Origin: Candidatus Woesearchaeota archaeon
Lineage (GTDB): Archaea > Nanobdellota > Nanobdellia > Woesearchaeales > CAZJJJ01
Reading direction: 5' to 3'
NCBI GenBank assembly: GCA_046546115.1
Contig: JBKGYM010000001.1
Span: 1 to 28,403 of the forward strand
Length of the DNA stretch: 28,403 nucleotides
Shown: positions 25,069-28,403 of the stretch, piece after piece
Numbering within the stretch: position 1 is the first letter of the stretch
Layout: the number at the start of each line of letters is the position of its first letter
Translations under genes and position numbers: made by a program
The notes under the pieces: model-generated
Seen by the model: the letters and a program-made list of their open reading frames with translations, nothing else
What the model was told of the DNA's origin: nothing
The model's database searches: none

Positions 25069-25581
25069 CTAGAATCCTCTTCTGACGTAAGTCTCAAATG
25101 AAAATCGTTCAAGGGCACCCTCCACAAGCTCTTCATCATACTCGAGCCGCGAAAGCGCCCACTCATGAGAATCTATAGAAGGAAAATAAGTATCGCCTTC
25201 AACCTCTCGCTCCAGCCTTGTCATTTCTATGACGTTAGCATAGGGCAAAGTCTGCCTATAGATGCTTTCACCACCAATCACATATGACTCTTCTCCCTTG
25301 ACAAAATCCAGGACTTTGTTCAAATCATCGAAGACCAATATGTCTTCATCTGTGGTATAACTCTTGGATAATACAATATTGGTCCGTCCAGGCAAAGGCC
25401 TATAGCGTTCAGGGATGGACTCATATGTCTTCCTTCCCATTATGACATTTGTCCCGGATGTGAGTTCTCTGAATCGCTTCATGTCCTTTGGTATTTTCCA
25501 GGGCATGCCACCCTCATTGCCAATCACACCATTTCTGGCCATAGCGACAATGAGTTTCATATCAAGAGATCTGTCAGACAT
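25069..25581 (-). CDS. folA: Dihydrofolate reductase, bacterial type
   Basis: IVAMARNGVIG...MPWKIPKDMKRFRELT..VIMGRKTYESI..RPLPGRTNIVLS, VIGGESIY, GDTYFP. Confidence 0.96.
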   Translation of the reverse strand: MSDRSLDMKLIVAMARNGVIGNEGGMPWKIPKDMKRFRELTSGTNVIMGRKTYESIPERYRPLPGRTNIVLSKSYTTDEDILVFDDLNKVLDFVKGEESYVIGGESIYRQTLPYANVIEMTRLEREVEGDTYFPSIDSHEWALSRLEYDEELVEGALERFSFETYVRRGF

Positions 25582-25685
25582 AGGGAACGATAAGATATCA
25601 TGCTTAAATATCTTCTCCCAAACAGGCGCTCAAAGATATAAAATATTAAATAGTAATATTGATATGAGAATTTTGGTGGTTATGG

Positions 25686-26753
25686 ATGGAGCAATATTTG
25701 AACATCCTGGATAAAGTTATGTCACAGGGAAGAAGAAAATCAAATCGGACAGGCGTTGATACTATTTCTGTCAGCGGAGTACAATTTGAGCACGATATGC
25801 AGGATGGATTTCCTTTGTTGACCACAAAAGAGATGAGGACATCAGGAATATTATCTGAATTAGAATTCTTCATTAAAGGGAAGACAGATAAAGGATGGTT
25901 AAAAGAGAGGAATAACCACATCTGGGACGATTGGTGCAATCCTGAAGCGCTTAGGGAGTATAGTTTTGATGATGAGAGTATTGAAAGTGATTTCAATAAT
26001 GTTGTGGACAGATACATGGAGTTTTCAAAGAGCCATAAACCATTGAAAAGAGTAAGAAGATTATTGGACAAGGCCTTGTTGCAGGTTGAACCCACTGAAT
26101 CAGGCTACATATTACAACCTGGCTCGGATATGGAGACACTTAAAGATTCCACAAAAAAGATTGCTCAATATCTCGAGGATGACCTTGGACCCATATATGG
26201 ATGGCAATGGAGGCATTTCGGTGGGAATTATGGAAACCATGATGATGAGATCAGACCACAGGATCAAGATTATTCAAATGAAGGCATAGACCAGCTCGAG
26301 GAGATTGTTGAAAAGCTAAAGAGTAACCCTATGGACCGAAGAATGATATGCACAGCATGGAATCCTGAAGAGATCGGAAAGATGGCACTACCCCCCTGCC
26401 ACTATAGTTTCCAAGTACTATCAGATGGGAAAACCTTGGATCTTATATGGCAGCAGAGATCAGTAGACACACCCCTTGGACTACCTTTCAATATCGCAAG
26501 CTATGGAACATTGCTTCATCTTCTAGCAAAGGAAGCTGATATGGAAGAAGGAAGATTGGTAGGACAGTTGGGTGATGTGCATATCTATGAGAATCAACTG
26601 GAAGGCGCAAAGGAACAACTTACAAGAGAACCATACAAACTGCCGAAGATAACCACAGAAAATTTTGCCAGTATATATGATTGGAAATATACAGATAGTA
26701 CAATCAAGGATTATGAACATCATCCAAAGATTAAATTTCCCATAGCTGTATGA
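25686..26753 (+). CDS. thyA: Thymidylate synthase ThyA with a long insertion
   Basis: RTGVDT, FPLLTTK, DLGPIYGWQWR, MALPPCH, QRSVDTPLGLPFNIASY, GDVHIYENQ. Confidence 0.96.
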   Translation: MEQYLNILDKVMSQGRRKSNRTGVDTISVSGVQFEHDMQDGFPLLTTKEMRTSGILSELEFFIKGKTDKGWLKERNNHIWDDWCNPEALREYSFDDESIESDFNNVVDRYMEFSKSHKPLKRVRRLLDKALLQVEPTESGYILQPGSDMETLKDSTKKIAQYLEDDLGPIYGWQWRHFGGNYGNHDDEIRPQDQDYSNEGIDQLEEIVEKLKSNPMDRRMICTAWNPEEIGKMALPPCHYSFQVLSDGKTLDLIWQQRSVDTPLGLPFNIASYGTLLHLLAKEADMEEGRLVGQLGDVHIYENQLEGAKEQLTREPYKLPKITTENFASIYDWKYTDSTIKDYEHHPKIKFPIAV

Positions 26754-26768
26754 ATACGAGGGATAAAG

Positions 26769-27422
26769 ATGGCAGAAGAAGAAAGAAAATACTTCATAAC
26801 ATTCGAAGGTATTGATGGATGTGGAAAGGATACTCAGCTATACAGATTGGCAGATCTGATAAAAGAAGACAATAATGGGCTATACGGAAATAAATATTCT
26901 AACATCTGGCTCACAAGAGAACCGACGAAACTCACAGACTCGGGAAGAGAGATTTCAAGACTCCTGAAGACTGATAATATAGATGCTGATGTGGCGACAC
27001 GATATTTCATAGATGATAGGAAAGAACACACAAAAATGATAAAGGGGATTCTCGGACATTCTGATGTCCTCTGCTCAAGATATGATCTCTCGGCATTGAC
27101 TTATCAGTGTGTGCAGGGAACAGACCTGGATCAACTCTATGAATTACATTCTTATGACCAGGAACATGGTGCGATGATACCTGATGTAACACTATTCTTT
27201 GACCTCCCAGCAGAAGAAGCAGCAAGAAGGACCACAAAGAGGAGTTCAGACAGAGAATTCTTCGAGAACCTGGAATTTCAGAAAAGAGTCAGAGAAAAGA
27301 GCTATGAAGTGATAGATTATCTCATGAAGAGAGATAATAGGAAGATTATAGTGATCAATTCTGACCAAAGCATTGATGCTGTCACAGGAGAGATGTACGA
27401 GAAGCTAAAAAATGTTCTGTGA
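26769..27422 (+). CDS. tmk: Thymidylate (dTMP) kinase
   Basis: FITFEGIDGCGKDTQ, TREP, SRYDLSALTYQ, PDVTLFFD, FFENLEFQKRVR. Confidence 0.9.
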   Translation: MAEEERKYFITFEGIDGCGKDTQLYRLADLIKEDNNGLYGNKYSNIWLTREPTKLTDSGREISRLLKTDNIDADVATRYFIDDRKEHTKMIKGILGHSDVLCSRYDLSALTYQCVQGTDLDQLYELHSYDQEHGAMIPDVTLFFDLPAEEAARRTTKRSSDREFFENLEFQKRVREKSYEVIDYLMKRDNRKIIVINSDQSIDAVTGEMYEKLKNVL

Positions 27423-27457
27423 AAGGGACAGAGTATACTTCATGTACTGATACCTGA

Positions 27458-27470
27458 CAAAGTTTTTAAT
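27458..27470 (+). promoter_or_regulatory. BRE/TATA promoter of taw1
   Basis: CAAAGTTTTTAAT, 30 nt before ATG 27493. Confidence 0.6.
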
Positions 27471-27492
27471 AGAGTTCTCAATCACCAAAGAT

Positions 27493-28403
27493 ATGGTCAC
27501 TAAAGAATTGAAAGACAGACTGACAAAGCAGCAGTACGGGTTTACTGGAGAGCATTCTGCGGTAAAGATATGCAACTGGACAAAAAGATCCCTGAAAGAT
27601 GACGGCGTCTGTTATAAGGAAAAGTTCTATGGGATAAAGAGTCATCGATGCTGCCAGATCACCCCCAGCGTGGGCTTCTGCCAGAACAGATGTATATTCT
27701 GTTGGAGAGAGATTGACCTGAATGAAGGGACTGGAGAGATCAGCGAGACTGCCACGAATATCAAACTTGACGAACCTGAGGACATCATCGAGGAATCAAT
27801 AAAACAGCACAGGATGCTTCTGACAGGTTTTGGCGGTAACGAGAAAGTGAACATGGAAAAATTCAGAGAAGCTCAAGACCCCAACCAATTTGCGATATCG
27901 TTGACGGGAGAGCCTACACTCTATCCTAGACTGAACGAGTTGATAAAATCGTTGAAGCGGAGGGATTCGAGTGTTTTTGTCGTATCCAATGGACTATGTC
28001 CTGAAGCCATAAGAAACATGGAACCTCCAACACAATTGTATGTATCATTAGAAGCTTCTGATGAGGAAGACTTCCTGAAGATTGTGAGGCCAGGGATTTC
28101 AGGAGCATGGGAGAAGCTCATGCAATCTTTGGATGCATTGCGCTCGATAGAGTGTAAGACTGCTCTGAGAATAACTGTGATCAAAGGCATAAATATGAAA
28201 GATCCGGAAAAATTTGGAGAACTCATAAAGAAGGCATCTCCCACATATGTGGAAGTGAAAGCATACATGCATGTAGGAGCATCACGCGAAAGGCTAAAGA
28301 AAGAGAACATGCCCAGCCATGAGGAGATTAGAGATTTTAGCGCAAAGATTGCCAGAAGCTGCGGTTATGATATAAAAGATGAACAGGAAGAATCTCTCGT
28401 TGT
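27493..28403 (+). CDS. taw1: 4-demethylwyosine synthase Taw1/TYW1 (radical SAM), 3'-truncated by the window end; not in the ORF track
   Basis: Manual translation: HSAVKICNWT, CYKEKFYGIKSHRC, CQNRCIFCWR (CxxxCxxC), AISLTGEPTLY, VEVKAYMHVG; open to the window edge. Confidence 0.95.
   Translation, partial: MVTKELKDRLTKQQYGFTGEHSAVKICNWTKRSLKDDGVCYKEKFYGIKSHRCCQITPSVGFCQNRCIFCWREIDLNEGTGEISETATNIKLDEPEDIIEESIKQHRMLLTGFGGNEKVNMEKFREAQDPNQFAISLTGEPTLYPRLNELIKSLKRRDSSVFVVSNGLCPEAIRNMEPPTQLYVSLEASDEEDFLKIVRPGISGAWEKLMQSLDALRSIECKTALRITVIKGINMKDPEKFGELIKKASPTYVEVKAYMHVGASRERLKKENMPSHEEIRDFSAKIARSCGYDIKDEQEESLV

Noticed and set aside
25935-26180. ThyA insertion as an intein
   Set aside because: No C-terminal His-Asn followed by Cys/Ser/Thr and no LAGLIDADG motif; it occupies a known variable loop.
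264-28310. Numerous short antisense or overlapping ORFs in the track (e.g. 3489..3941, 4943..5419, 5900..6322, 18223..18732, 22819..23286, 27921..28310)
   Set aside because: They are shadows of well-supported genes on the opposite strand or frame, with S/F/L/I-rich composition typical of antisense reading.
1-28403. CRISPR arrays, IS elements, integrases, prophage genes, tRNA and rRNA genes
   Set aside because: No regularly spaced repeats, transposase or recombinase motifs, viral hallmark genes or tRNA/rRNA signatures were seen by eye; a tRNAscan-SE or cmscan run would confirm.

Overview
A 28.4 kb piece of an archaeal chromosome. Gene content and signatures point to a small-genome DPANN lineage, probably Woesearchaeota-like (inference). 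Most of it is housekeeping: NAC, Sec61beta, RNase P RNA, a PIN-rpo7-spt4-eS24-eS31 operon, uL1-uL10-P1/P2, rpo11, TFS, signal peptidase, NMD3, CCA-adding enzyme, endonuclease IV, Mre11-like nuclease, uS15, a folA/thyA/tmk cluster and Taw1 running off the right end. I found no CRISPR array, transposase, tRNA or rRNA. Best leads: (i) a 1108-aa protein that appears to hold two calcineurin-like phosphoesterase domains, one degenerate and split by a long helical insert, the other with near-complete metal ligands; it sits head-to-head with an AbrB-PhoU regulator. (ii) A coupled PLD, pseudo-PfkB and DUF368 operon that converges on a dolichol-kinase-like gene. (iii) Loss of zinc-binding cysteines in Spt4, eS31 and NMD3, while TFS keeps its ligands. 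(iv) An in-frame TAG splitting a Trm14-like methyltransferase. (v) An RNase P RNA apparently lacking P6/P16/P17. (vi) Structured 5' leaders ahead of uL1 and uS15. All family assignments come from motifs recognised by eye; no database searches were run.
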